A stretch of 64,000 nucleotides of DNA from an uncultured Clostridia bacterium (GCA_947626135.1 CANQQZ010000007.1:43055-107054), one strand, 5' to 3'; positions 9,573-18,719 are shown, counted from the first letter of the stretch. Notes: generated from the letters alone by a model not told the origin. A program made the numbers and translations.

Positions 9573-10573
9573 ACGAGTTTCGCCTCCCTTATGCCTATAT
9601 TTTTATCACCTTTTATTTTCAAATCAATATTCCTTTCGTTTTTGAATTTAATAATATTCCTGCGTCCGTTTCCCACAGCCTTCGACACGGCTGCGCTGTT
9701 TACGGCGACAACCGCAAAGCGGCTGTCGATATTTTCCAGAACCCGCTCTATTATATCATAATATATCGCGTTCTCAACAAGCTCGCCGAACGCGCTGTGA
9801 ACCGGACCGGCAACAACGGATCCTCTTTCGCATATTTCGCTCGTTGACTGTAGTCCCATTCGTATGACCCTGACGCCGCCCTTCTCAAACATAAGCGTCA
9901 GCGTTTTGCACAGGCTCACGGCTTCCTCAACGGTTTGCGGCGTATATTCGCCCGATAAATACATTTCCTCAAGACGAGTGTCCCGAAGGATAAGCGTCGG
10001 ATAAATTCTCGCTATCGACGGACGCATATTAATAAGCTCCGCGGCCGTTTTTTCGGCTTTTTCATTTGTGTCGCCCGGCAGTCCCGTCATCATCTGCACT
10101 CCAAGCGTAAAACCGTATTCTCTTATAAGCTCCGCGGCTCTTTCGGCGTCCTCAGCCGTATGACCGCGCCCCGCCTTTAAAAGCACCTCGCTGTCCGTTG
10201 ACTGTACGCCAAGCTCAATTGTCGTAACTCCGTATTTTTTTAAGTTATCCAGGATCTCACGATTTATATAGTCCGGTCTTGTGGACAGCCGTATTCCGTC
10301 GATTTCTCCGGAGCCTATGAACCTGTATGCGGCGGATAAAAGCTCAGACTGCTCGTTTATCGGTATTCCGGTAAAGCTTCCGCCGAAAAACGCGGCTTCT
10401 ATTACCGCGTTTTCTCTGTCCGGAATTGTTTTAAGATATCCCTTGATCATATCCGACACCGACTGCGCCGTTACCGGCGAGGACGCCCCCGTAATACGGC
10501 GCTGATTGCAGAATGCACAGTCGAACGGGCAGCCTCTGTGCGGGACGAAAATCGGTATATTATACGTTCTCAT
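9563..10573 (-). CDS. radical SAM protein (ELP3-like core, no acetyltransferase domain evident)
   Basis: 336 aa with an N-terminal CPFDCAFCNQ (CxxxCxxC) cluster motif. It overlaps the rnc stop by 14 nt and the smc start by 10 nt. Confidence 0.8.
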   Translation of the reverse strand: MRTYNIPIFVPHRGCPFDCAFCNQRRITGASSPVTAQSVSDMIKGYLKTIPDRENAVIEAAFFGGSFTGIPINEQSELLSAAYRFIGSGEIDGIRLSTRPDYINREILDNLKKYGVTTIELGVQSTDSEVLLKAGRGHTAEDAERAAELIREYGFTLGVQMMTGLPGDTNEKAEKTAAELINMRPSIARIYPTLILRDTRLEEMYLSGEYTPQTVEEAVSLCKTLTLMFEKGGVRVIRMGLQSTSEICERGSVVAGPVHSAFGELVENAIYYDIIERVLENIDSRFAVVAVNSAAVSKAVGNGRRNIIKFKNERNIDLKIKGDKNIGIREAKLVCC

Positions 10574-11240
10574 CGGTCAGATTTTCGAGAGCGAAACGCG
10601 CCGCGTTTTGCTCCGCCTCCTTTTTATTAGAGCCTGTGCCGCGTCCCTTCGGTACGCCGTCAATCATTACATCCACGTCAAAAATCTTATTATGGTCCTG
10701 ACCGCTTTCCTTTATGACCGCGTATGTCACCCTGCCGACGCTGCCGCGCTGCACAGCCTCCTGAAGCATTGTCTTGTAGTCGCCGTAGCGCTTTCCCGCA
10801 AGGACCTCCCTAATCGAGTCCTCCATGATATTCAGCAGCCACGCTTTCGCAGTCTCCATACCCGCGTCAAGATAGATTGACGCCAAAAGTGCTTCAAACG
10901 CATCCGAAACGATCGACGCGCGTTCTCTTCCTCCGTTGCGCTCCTCGCCCCGTCCGAGACGTATAAGCGAGCCGAGCGAAATTTTCTTTGACACGTCATA
11001 AAGCGACTGCTCACATACGAGCGTCGCGCGATACTTTGTTAAATCGCCCTCGTTTATGTCGCGCACAGTCTTAAACAAATACTCGCTGATAATTATACTG
11101 AGCACCGAATCTCCCAAAAATTCCAGCCGTTCATTATTCTTAATCCGGTATTCATTTGCGTAAGAGCTGTGCGTCAGCGCGGTTTCCAAAAGCGCGGGAT
11201 CCTTATATTTATGCCCCACCTGTTTTTCCGCCGTTGTCAT
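10560..11240 (-). CDS. rnc: ribonuclease III
   Basis: RNase III signature ERLEFLGDSVL and a C-terminal dsRNA-binding domain (DYKTMLQE...GSNKKEAEQNAA). Conserved position between the fab/acpP genes and smc. Confidence 0.95.
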   Translation of the reverse strand: MTTAEKQVGHKYKDPALLETALTHSSYANEYRIKNNERLEFLGDSVLSIIISEYLFKTVRDINEGDLTKYRATLVCEQSLYDVSKKISLGSLIRLGRGEERNGGRERASIVSDAFEALLASIYLDAGMETAKAWLLNIMEDSIREVLAGKRYGDYKTMLQEAVQRGSVGRVTYAVIKESGQDHNKIFDVDVMIDGVPKGRGTGSNKKEAEQNAARFALENLTDENV

Positions 11241-11257
11241 TTTAACACCTCTTTCCG

Positions 11258-11305
11258 GTGTCCTTTATTAAGATGTAAAGCCGTTTACATTTTAATAAAA
11301 GACAC
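11258..11305 (-). promoter_or_regulatory. 22-bp RNA hairpin in the rnc 5' leader
   Basis: Minus-strand RNA is GUGUCUUUUAUUAAAAUGUAAA-CGGC-UUUACAUCUUAAUAAAGGACAC. This gives 20 Watson-Crick pairs, one G.U pair and one A.C mismatch. There is no U tract, and the hairpin ends 17 nt before the rnc ATG. Confidence 0.6.
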
Positions 11306-11318
11306 AATAAATATTTCT

Positions 11319-11350
11319 AAGACTGCCGCAAAAATAATCACGGCAGTCTT
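11319..11350 (-). terminator. candidate terminator after fabF
   Basis: 10-bp perfect stem aagactgccg/cggcagtctt starting 8 nt after the fabF stop. The downstream U tract is weak (AGAAAUAUUUAUU). Confidence 0.4.
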
Positions 11351-11357
11351 GTTTACT

Positions 11358-12596
11358 TTAATCAGAATACTTTTTAAATACAATCGACGCGTTATGACCG
11401 CCGAATCCCAATGAATTGGACATGGCGTACTTGACCTCCCGCTCGCGCCCGACATTGGGCACAATATCCAAATCGCAGTCGGGATCCGGGATCTCATAGT
11501 TAATCGTTGCCGGTATAAATCCGTCCTCAATCGCTTTTGCGCACACAATCGCCTCAACGCCTCCCGCGGCGCCGAGCATATGTCCCGTCATAGACTTTGT
11601 AGAGCTTACGGCGACGGATCTCGCCGCGCTGCCGAAGGTCTGCTTTATTGCCTCGGTTTCAAACTGATCGTTGTACTTTGTTGAAGTGCCGTGTGCGTTG
11701 ATATATGTCACATCCTCAGGCGTGATTCCCGCGTCCCTTATGGCAAATTCCATAGCCTTCGCGCCTCCGAGACCTCCGGGTATTGGGCTTGTGATATGAT
11801 AAGCGTCGTCCGTCGCGCCGTAACCGACCATTTCGCATATAATATGCGCGTTTCTGGCTTTTGCGTGCTCCAGCTCTTCAAGAACTATAAATGCCGCGCC
11901 CTCCGACAGGACGAATCCGTCGCGCTCCGCGTCAAACGGACGGGAGGCGTGCTTTGGATCGTCATTCCTGGTTGACATCGCCTTCATATTGCAGAAGCCC
12001 GCAAATGCTATTCTCTCCACGGTCGCCTCGCAGCCGCCTGCTATAATGACATCGTTATCCCCGTATTGGATATGTCTGAAAGCGGTTCCTATCGCATTTG
12101 AGCTTGAGGCGCATGCGGTGACAACATTCTCGTTAACGCCCTGCATTTTATGTCTTATCGCAATCTGAGCTGCCGCCATATTTCCTATCATCATGGGTAT
12201 GAAAAACGGACTGATGCGTCCCGGTCCCTTTTCAAGCAGGGTTTTGTGCTGGTCGGCGAATGTGGAAATTCCTCCTATACCCGAGCCGGTTATAACCCCC
12301 ACCCGCCAGGGATCCTCTTTTTTCATATCAAGATCGGAGTTTTTGATTGCCTCGTCCGCGGCTATTACGGCGAACTGTGTAAATCTATCCATTTTCCGGG
12401 CCTCGCGTTTGTCGATGTACTCGGTCGGGTCAAAATTTTTCACCTCGCCCGCGATCTGAGTTTTCAAATCCGACGCGTCAAACAGAGTAACCTTGTCCAC
12501 TCCGCAAACGCCGTTTCTGATACTGCTCCAGAACTCGTCCAAATTGTTTCCGATAGGCGTGACAGCGCCCATTCCGGTTACCACAACTCTTTTCAT
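11358..12596 (-). CDS. fabF: 3-oxoacyl-ACP synthase II
   Basis: MKRVVVTGMG..., active-site region TACASSSNAIG, HGTSTKYND, GHMLGAAGG, LGFGGHNASIVF. The track start at 12608 is a TTG inside the GGAGGA RBS, so the ATG at 12596 was chosen. Confidence 0.93.
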   Translation of the reverse strand: MKRVVVTGMGAVTPIGNNLDEFWSSIRNGVCGVDKVTLFDASDLKTQIAGEVKNFDPTEYIDKREARKMDRFTQFAVIAADEAIKNSDLDMKKEDPWRVGVITGSGIGGISTFADQHKTLLEKGPGRISPFFIPMMIGNMAAAQIAIRHKMQGVNENVVTACASSSNAIGTAFRHIQYGDNDVIIAGGCEATVERIAFAGFCNMKAMSTRNDDPKHASRPFDAERDGFVLSEGAAFIVLEELEHAKARNAHIICEMVGYGATDDAYHITSPIPGGLGGAKAMEFAIRDAGITPEDVTYINAHGTSTKYNDQFETEAIKQTFGSAARSVAVSSTKSMTGHMLGAAGGVEAIVCAKAIEDGFIPATINYEIPDPDCDLDIVPNVGREREVKYAMSNSLGFGGHNASIVFKKYSD

Positions 12597-12663
12597 ATTG
12601 TCCTCCAATGTTTTTCGTTTATATAAATCAAAAATTTCTTCCGGATAAAATAACGGTTCGTTA

Positions 12664-12691
12664 TTCCCGCGGCGCCATACCGCCGCGGGAA
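12664..12691 (-). promoter_or_regulatory. GC-rich stem-loop between acpP and fabF (partial terminator or processing/stability element)
   Basis: 11-bp perfect stem UUCCCGCGGCG/CGCCGCGGGAA with a 6-nt loop, 17 nt after the acpP stop. It is followed at a distance by AUUUUAU. Confidence 0.5.
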
Positions 12692-12707
12692 TTAAAACCT
12701 GTGCGCA

Positions 12708-12941
12708 TTACGCATTTTCCTTGATGTAATTTACCGCGTCGCCGACAGTCTTAATGCTCTCCGCCTTATCATCGGGGATTTCAAGATCAAACTCTGTTTC
12801 AAGACCCATAACAAGCTCCACTATATCAAGCGAATCGGCGCCCAAATCGTCGATAAACGACGCCTCCATTGTTACAGCGTCCTCATCCGCGCCGAGCTGG
12901 TCAATAATAACCGCCTTTACTCTGTCAAAAATTTCGTTCAT
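12708..12941 (-). CDS. acpP: acyl carrier protein
   Basis: 77 aa with [13 protein letters not shown] (phosphopantetheinyl Ser in DSLD). Located between fabG and fabF. Confidence 0.95.
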   Translation of the reverse strand: MNEIFDRVKAVIIDQLGADEDAVTMEASFIDDLGADSLDIVELVMGLETEFDLEIPDDKAESIKTVGDAVNYIKENA

Positions 12942-13019
12942 TCCCGCGCACCTCCTTTCAATACGTCTTTTATATACTATATAAATCCATATGCAGAATT
13001 ATATACATTGATAACAATA

Positions 13020-13760
13020 TCACATATGCAGTCCGCCGTCAATATTAATTACCTGACCCGTAACATACGCCGACATATCCGACGCTAAAAATGCCACTAC
13101 GTCTGCGACATTATCGACCGTGCCGAATTTGGCAAGAGGTATCGATTTAAAATACTCCCGCTTTACCTCATCCGAAAGCTTATCCGTCATAGCCGATTCT
13201 ATAAAACCGGGCGCGACAGCGTTACAGCGTATTCCGCGTGACGCGAATTCCTTTGCCGTCGTTTTGGTCAATCCGATAAGACCCGCTTTTGACGCGCTGT
13301 AGTTCGCCTGACCCGCGTTTCCCATAACTCCCACGATCGACGCTATATTTATAATCGAACCGCTCCGCTGCTTCATCATGGGCTTTACGGCAGCCTTAAT
13401 GCAGTTAAAAGCGCCCTTTAAATTTATGTCCATGACCAAATCCCAGTCCTCCTCGCTCATTCTGAGCATAAGACCGTCGCGCGTAACGCCGGCATTGTTT
13501 ACAAATATATCGAGCCTGCCGAATTTGCCGAGCGTTTCATTTATTAGGTTCTGAACGTCCGCCGCATTTCTTACGTCTCCTTTGACAACAATGGAATCAA
13601 CCCCCAGAGACTTTATCTCCTCGCTTGTCTTATCGGCGTCCTCCGACTGCGGAATATCGTTAATGACCACATCAGCGCCCAGCGATGCAAGCTTCATGGC
13701 TATAGCTTTGCCTATTCCCCTGCCCGAACCGGTTATTACAGCCGTCTTTCCCTGTAACAT
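13020..13760 (-). CDS. fabG: 3-oxoacyl-ACP reductase
   Basis: SDR motifs TGSGRGIGKA, NNAG and YSASKAG. The start was moved to the ATG of MLQGKTAVITG (13760), which is preceded by GGAGGT. The longer track ORF would overlap fabD. Confidence 0.92.
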   Translation of the reverse strand: MLQGKTAVITGSGRGIGKAIAMKLASLGADVVINDIPQSEDADKTSEEIKSLGVDSIVVKGDVRNAADVQNLINETLGKFGRLDIFVNNAGVTRDGLMLRMSEEDWDLVMDINLKGAFNCIKAAVKPMMKQRSGSIINIASIVGVMGNAGQANYSASKAGLIGLTKTTAKEFASRGIRCNAVAPGFIESAMTDKLSDEVKREYFKSIPLAKFGTVDNVADVVAFLASDMSAYVTGQVINIDGGLHM

Positions 13761-13788
13761 AATTTTTACCTCCAAATCTATAAAAGCT

Positions 13789-14727
13789 CTATTTAATTCC
13801 GAGTCCCGAAAGCGTTTTTTCAAGCGACGCCATATCCTCAACGTTGTATGATACAGCGCTCTTGTCGATCCTGCGCAGGAATCCGCTCAGCGTCTTGCCC
13901 GGACCTATCTCTATAAATGTGTCAACACCGTCCGAGAGCATCCGGCGTATCGAATCCTCCCAGCGCACGGGAGAGGATACCTGTTTTATTAAAAGCGGCT
14001 TTATATCGTCCTTCGACTGTATATAATCCGCTGTAACGTTCGTTATAACGGGAATATTCATATCCGATACCGCCGCGTTTTCAAGCTCGGCGGCAAGCTT
14101 TTCTCCCGCGCCTATAAGCATTTTGCAATGGAACGGCGCGGATACCGGCATCAGCATGGCGCGTTTGGCGCCCTTTTCCTTTGCTGCCTTGCAGCATGCC
14201 TCCACCGCAGCCGTTTCGCCCGAAACGACAATCTGCCCCGGGCAGTTAAAATTTGCGGGCGAGCATATTCCGAGCCTGGACGCGTCATTGCAGCATTCAG
14301 TTACATCCTCCGCCGTTAAGCCTATGATCGCCGCCATAGCGCCCTGTCCCACCGGGACCTCCTCCTGCATATATTTCCCGCGTTTTTTTACAAGTCTTAC
14401 GCCGTCCGCGAAATTCATCGATTCCGACGCGATATGCGCTGTGTATTCGCCGAGGCTCAAGCCTGCCGCAACGTCCGCCGTTACGCCGAATTCCTGCAAA
14501 ACCCTTAACGCCGCAACGCTCATAGTTACAATAGTCGGCTGCGTATTTTCGGTTATTTGCAGCGTTTGGGCGTCGCCGTTAAAAATCATATCCCTTATAT
14601 CAAAGCCAACCGCTTCGGACGCCTCGTCAAACGCATCCGAGGCGCATTTGAAATTATCCGCAAGCTCCTTGCCCATGCCTACAGCCTGAGCGCCCTGTCC
14701 GGCGAATAAAAACGCTGTTTTTCCCAT
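13789..14727 (-). CDS. fabD: malonyl-CoA:ACP transacylase
   Basis: FLFAGQGAQ N-terminus and the GLSLGEY active-site serine motif. Sits within the fab operon. Confidence 0.93.
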   Translation of the reverse strand: MGKTAFLFAGQGAQAVGMGKELADNFKCASDAFDEASEAVGFDIRDMIFNGDAQTLQITENTQPTIVTMSVAALRVLQEFGVTADVAAGLSLGEYTAHIASESMNFADGVRLVKKRGKYMQEEVPVGQGAMAAIIGLTAEDVTECCNDASRLGICSPANFNCPGQIVVSGETAAVEACCKAAKEKGAKRAMLMPVSAPFHCKMLIGAGEKLAAELENAAVSDMNIPVITNVTADYIQSKDDIKPLLIKQVSSPVRWEDSIRRMLSDGVDTFIEIGPGKTLSGFLRRIDKSAVSYNVEDMASLEKTLSGLGIK

Positions 14728-15675
14728 TTATTTTACCTCCAGTTTATCTGAAATGGTCTTTAAAATTTCTGCCGTACCGTCAAAATAGCTCTTTATAATA
14801 TCCGCGCACGGCTCTATTTTCGTAACCATAGCGGCGCTCTGCCCCGCCATAAGCGAACCGGTTTCCGTGTCTCCATCCATAAATGCGCGGCGCAGTCCGC
14901 CCACTCCCAGCTGCTCTATTTCCTCCGCCGACGCGCCGGAGCTTTCCAATCTCATATATTCGCGCGTAAGCTTATTTTTTAAAGCCCTCACGGGTGCGCC
15001 CGTTGAACGTCCCGTAACAACGGCGTCCCTGTCCTTAGCCTTTATAACCGCCTGCTTATAATTTTCATGCGCTATGCACTCGTCTGAGCATATAAAACGC
15101 GTTCCCACCTGGATCCCATCCGCGCCGAGCGCAAGCGCCGCTATCATGCCGCGCTTATCGGCAAAGCCTCCCGCCGCGACTACCGGAATATTTACAGCAT
15201 CGACCACCTGCGGGACAAGCACCATTGTCGTAAGCTCTCCTATATGTCCTCCGGCTTCGGTACCCTCGGCTATAACGGCGTCGGCGCCGGATTTCTCCAT
15301 ACGCTTTGCCATTGCGACAGACGCTATAACGGGACATATCTTAATCCCCGCTTCCTTAAGTGCCGGAATATATTTTGCCGGATTTCCCGCGCCCGTTGCC
15401 ACAACCGCCGGTTTTTCCTCCAGGATCACCTGCATAACCTCGTCCGCGAACGGCGACATAAGCATAACGTTCACGCCGAACGGCTTGTCCGTCAGCTCAC
15501 GGCATTTCCTTATCTGTTCTCTTACCGCATCCGCCGGCGCTCCGCCCGCCGCGATAAGCCCCAGACCTCCGCCGTTTGATACAGCCGCCGCAAGCTCCGC
15601 CGTCGCGACCCATGCCATTCCGCCCTGAATTACGGGATAACGGATGTTCAGCAGCTCGCATAATCTTGTACTCAT
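14728..15675 (-). CDS. fabK: enoyl-ACP reductase II (FMN-dependent, nitronate monooxygenase fold)
   Basis: 315 aa beginning ...YPVIQGGMAWV, with a Gly-rich TIM-barrel NMO-type sequence. It sits between plsX and fabD, where FabK occurs in Clostridia and streptococci. Confidence 0.85.
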   Translation of the reverse strand: MSTRLCELLNIRYPVIQGGMAWVATAELAAAVSNGGGLGLIAAGGAPADAVREQIRKCRELTDKPFGVNVMLMSPFADEVMQVILEEKPAVVATGAGNPAKYIPALKEAGIKICPVIASVAMAKRMEKSGADAVIAEGTEAGGHIGELTTMVLVPQVVDAVNIPVVAAGGFADKRGMIAALALGADGIQVGTRFICSDECIAHENYKQAVIKAKDRDAVVTGRSTGAPVRALKNKLTREYMRLESSGASAEEIEQLGVGGLRRAFMDGDTETGSLMAGQSAAMVTKIEPCADIIKSYFDGTAEILKTISDKLEVK

Positions 15676-16691
15676 TCAATGCCCTCCTTAAAATCCGGCG
15701 CATCGGTGCCCGGAAGTGAATTTTTTATTTTTTCAACCAGGTTTGTCTCAACCGCTTTTTTTGCCTGGACAATTGCGGAAAACGCCGCGCGCTCGTCGGA
15801 CGAGCCGTGTCCCTTTATAACGGTTCCCCGGACGCCCAGCAGCGGCGCGCCGCCGTATTCTCTGTAATCAATCTCGCTCTTAAACCTGTTCAGTCCGCCC
15901 TTCACGCACAGCGCGCCGAGCATTGCAAGTATGCCGTCGGAAAAAATGTTTTTTAACGCTCCGCCGACAAAGCTGCCCATGCCCTCTATGGTTTTAAGCA
16001 CGACATTTCCCACGAAGCCGTCGCACGTCATAACATCGGCGGTGCCGTCCATAACGTCTCTGCCCTCGATATTTCCGATAAAATTAATCGGGGCGGTCTT
16101 TAAAAGCAGATATGCCGCCTTGGTAAGATTATTGCCCTTACCCTCTTCCTCGCCTATTGACATAAGTCCCACGGTCGGATTGTCCGAGCCGATAATGTTT
16201 TTCATATATATGCTGCCCATTACGGCGAATTGCACGAGGTTTTCCGGCTTGCAGTTAGCGTTTGCTCCCGCGTCAAGCAAAAGCTTCGGACCCTTTTTTG
16301 ACGGCAATATAACTGCGAGCGCCGGTCTGATAATACCGCGTATCCGCCCGACTATAAGCGTCCCCGCAGCTAAAACCGCTCCGGTATTTCCCATAGACAG
16401 CATCGCGTCTCCCCCGCCGTTTTTCAGCATAACAGCCGCTTTGACAAGCGATGAATTTTTTTTGCGTTTAACGGCTTTTGCGGGCTCTTCATGATTTGTT
16501 ATGACCTCGTCGGCATTAACTGTTTCAATGCGCCCGGACGGATATTTATGCTTTTGAAGCTCGCTCCGTATTAAATCCTCTCTGCCTATGAGAACGATAT
16601 TCACGTCAAGCTCCCGCGCCGCCTTTGCCGCAGCCGCAACCGGGACCCGCGGTGCGTTGTCGCCGCCCATAGCGTCAATGATTATTTTCAT
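15672..16691 (-). CDS. plsX: phosphate acyltransferase PlsX
   Basis: MKIIIDAMGGDNAP N-terminus. It overlaps fabK by 4 nt and follows fapR, as in Bacillus. Confidence 0.93.
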   Translation of the reverse strand: MKIIIDAMGGDNAPRVPVAAAAKAARELDVNIVLIGREDLIRSELQKHKYPSGRIETVNADEVITNHEEPAKAVKRKKNSSLVKAAVMLKNGGGDAMLSMGNTGAVLAAGTLIVGRIRGIIRPALAVILPSKKGPKLLLDAGANANCKPENLVQFAVMGSIYMKNIIGSDNPTVGLMSIGEEEGKGNNLTKAAYLLLKTAPINFIGNIEGRDVMDGTADVMTCDGFVGNVVLKTIEGMGSFVGGALKNIFSDGILAMLGALCVKGGLNRFKSEIDYREYGGAPLLGVRGTVIKGHGSSDERAAFSAIVQAKKAVETNLVEKIKNSLPGTDAPDFKEGIE

Positions 16692-16706
16692 ATCACGATT
16701 CTCCGA

Positions 16707-17249
16707 TTATTCGTTTTCCTTTACCAGCAAACTGAATTTTCCTCTGAAAACCTCATTCATGTTTGCTTTTATAAATACATGCACAATGTATTCGTTTTCC
16801 TTTACGCGTATAACCTCCGACTGCGCGAGCAGTCTGTCGCCCTTATGAACCTCGCTTATATATTTTACATTGGCGACCTTCACCAGCGCGGCTTTGGCGT
16901 TTATAACGCTTAACGCAAGGCTTTCCGCAAACGCGTACAAATTCTGACCCCGGATTATATCCGTTCCTTCAAATGTCATATTATCATCGGTTTTCAGCAC
17001 GGCAAGCCCGTTATGATATAAATCAATATCCAAAAGCTCCGCTCTTGAAACCTCGCTTACGCCCTCCGCGACCGATTTGATCCTTTCCCTGTATTCCGCG
17101 ATCCCCAATTCCGCTCTGTCAATACGTATGGTAGACACGCTTACATGACACGCGTCCGCAAGCTCGTTATCCTTCAAAAACGGATTCTCCCGCAGCTTTT
17201 CCATTAAAAATGCGTGCCTTTCCTCTTTCTTTAACGCCGCTCGTCCCAT
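16707..17249 (-). CDS. fapR: fatty acid/phospholipid biosynthesis regulator FapR
   Basis: N-terminal HTH region ...NPFLKDNELADACHVSVSTIRIDRAELGI..YRERIKSVAE parallels B. subtilis FapR. It has a C-terminal hot-dog domain and is the first gene of the plsX-fab operon. Confidence 0.85.
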   Translation of the reverse strand: MGRAALKKEERHAFLMEKLRENPFLKDNELADACHVSVSTIRIDRAELGIAEYRERIKSVAEGVSEVSRAELLDIDLYHNGLAVLKTDDNMTFEGTDIIRGQNLYAFAESLALSVINAKAALVKVANVKYISEVHKGDRLLAQSEVIRVKENEYIVHVFIKANMNEVFRGKFSLLVKENE

Positions 17250-17266
17250 TGAGAGCCTCCCTGAAT

Positions 17267-17288
17267 TTATTAGTAGCTGGTCATAATT
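17267..17288 (-). promoter_or_regulatory. imperfect inverted repeat resembling a FapR operator
   Basis: ttattagtAGCTggtcataatt lies between the predicted -10 and the fapR RBS. It contains a TTAGTA half-site and is palindromic in 5 of 8 flanking positions around AGCT. The comparison with Bacillus FapR boxes (TTAGTACC...) is from memory. Confidence 0.3.
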
Positions 17289-17300
17289 TTCATTGTCCTA

Positions 17301-17329
17301 ATTATATACTATGGAAAAATCTATTTCAA
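17301..17329 (-). promoter_or_regulatory. putative sigma-A promoter of the fapR-plsX-fab operon
   Basis: On the minus strand: TTGAAA (17329-17324), a 17-nt spacer, then TATAAT (17306-17301). Confidence 0.55.
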
Positions 17330-17471
17330 TATGATTTTCAAAATCTTTCCAAGATTGTAGGATTGCACAAAATTTTATCCATTCTTCCATATAAAATATA
17401 CAAAATATTGTTCCGCAGCCGATTTATGTCAACTATATGATGTAGCGGGGCAATATATATTTAAATTTATC

Positions 17472-17500
17472 TGTACAAATACGGAAAAATATTATATAAT
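17472..17500 (+). promoter_or_regulatory. putative sigma-A promoter of tmcAL
   Basis: TGTACA, a 17-nt spacer, then TATAAT (17495-17500), 17 nt upstream of the ATG. Confidence 0.45.
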
Positions 17501-17517
17501 ACGTCAGAGGTGATTTT

Positions 17518-18669
17518 ATGGGCACAGCGGGAATAATCGCGGAATACAATCCGTTTCACAACGGGCACAAATACCTGATTGACGAAGCCCGCAGGACGCA
17601 CGGCGCAGTTATATCCGTTATGAGCGGACATTTTACTCAGCGCGGCGGCATTGCCGTAACCGACAAATGGACCCGCGCACGCGCCGCTATTTTATGCGGC
17701 TGCGACCTTGTGCTTGAGCTTCCCGTGTGCTTTTCCCTGAGCTCCGCCCCGGATTTTGCTTATGGCGCGGCGGCGCTTTTGGACAGGCTCAATGTGGTTG
17801 ACACGCTTTATTTCGGCGCGGAGGACGCAAACACCGAATATCTTACACAAGCGGCAAACGCGCTTATATCCGAGCCCCCGGATATATCGGAGCGCGTGCG
17901 CTCGTATCTGTCCGCGGGATTAAGCTATCCCGCCGCCTACGCTAAGGCATGGGATGGGAAAATACAGCCTGAAATTCTCATAAAACCCAATAATATTCTC
18001 GCGCTTGAATATATCAAGGCTCTTATTCGGCTTGACAGTACTATCAAACCCGCCGCCGTCGGACGTCTCGGCGCGGTTCACGACGGCGCTCCGGTCGGCG
18101 CGGCGGCATCCTCATCGTATATACGCGGGATGATTTCACGCGGTCTCGACTATTCCGGCTACGTTCCCAAAGCCGCTTATTCCCTTTATAAGGTCTCGGA
18201 TATGACATATGACATATCCCGTCTTGACGGATTTATAACAGCCGCGCTGCGCGTATGTTCCGCCCGAAGCATATCTCCTTATGTTCCGGAGGGACTGGAA
18301 AACCGGATAAAAAACGCTGCTGCCGTCAATTTTGGTTTTGATGATATATGCGCAGCTGTAAAATCAAAACGTTACACCCTCAGCCGCATACGCCGCGCCG
18401 TGCTCGCATTTGCGCTGGCTCTTCCCGTCGATCCGACCCCTCCGCAATACGCGAGAGTTCTTGCCCTGAACGATACCGGCAAAGCTCTGCTCCGGGAAAT
18501 CAGGGAAAAATCCGATATTGAAATTATTACCAAAACGGCGGCGTATAATAAGCCCGATGAACTGCTTTCGGCGGACATACGCGCAACCGACATATTTTCA
18601 CTGTGCGCGGGAGATAAATCACGGCGTACCGGCGGGCTTGATTATACCGTTACGCCGGCTGTTCTGTAA
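17518..18669 (+). CDS. tmcAL: tRNA(Met) cytidine acetate ligase (YlbM/TmcAL nucleotidyltransferase family)
   Basis: GIIAEYNPFHNGHKYLI N-terminus is characteristic of the YlbM/UPF0348 family. RBS AGAGGTGA. Confidence 0.8.
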   Translation: MGTAGIIAEYNPFHNGHKYLIDEARRTHGAVISVMSGHFTQRGGIAVTDKWTRARAAILCGCDLVLELPVCFSLSSAPDFAYGAAALLDRLNVVDTLYFGAEDANTEYLTQAANALISEPPDISERVRSYLSAGLSYPAAYAKAWDGKIQPEILIKPNNILALEYIKALIRLDSTIKPAAVGRLGAVHDGAPVGAAASSSYIRGMISRGLDYSGYVPKAAYSLYKVSDMTYDISRLDGFITAALRVCSARSISPYVPEGLENRIKNAAAVNFGFDDICAAVKSKRYTLSRIRRAVLAFALALPVDPTPPQYARVLALNDTGKALLREIREKSDIEIITKTAAYNKPDELLSADIRATDIFSLCAGDKSRRTGGLDYTVTPAVL

Positions 18670-18677
18670 ACGGCTCT

Positions 18678-18706
18678 CCGGCATAAAACACTCCGTTTTA
18701 TGCCGG
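18678..18706. terminator. hairpin between convergent tmcAL and sigK
   Basis: 12-bp perfect stem ccggcataaaac/gttttatgccgg with loop actcc. The flanking U tracts are weak. Confidence 0.5.
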
Positions 18707-18719
18707 AATATTCAGGTCC

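Noticed and set aside
13761-13841. N-terminal extension of the fabG ORF (MRIWRRLKK...).
   Set aside because: It would overlap fabD by 53 nt. The internal ATG at 13760 has a GGAGG RBS and gives the canonical FabG N-terminus.
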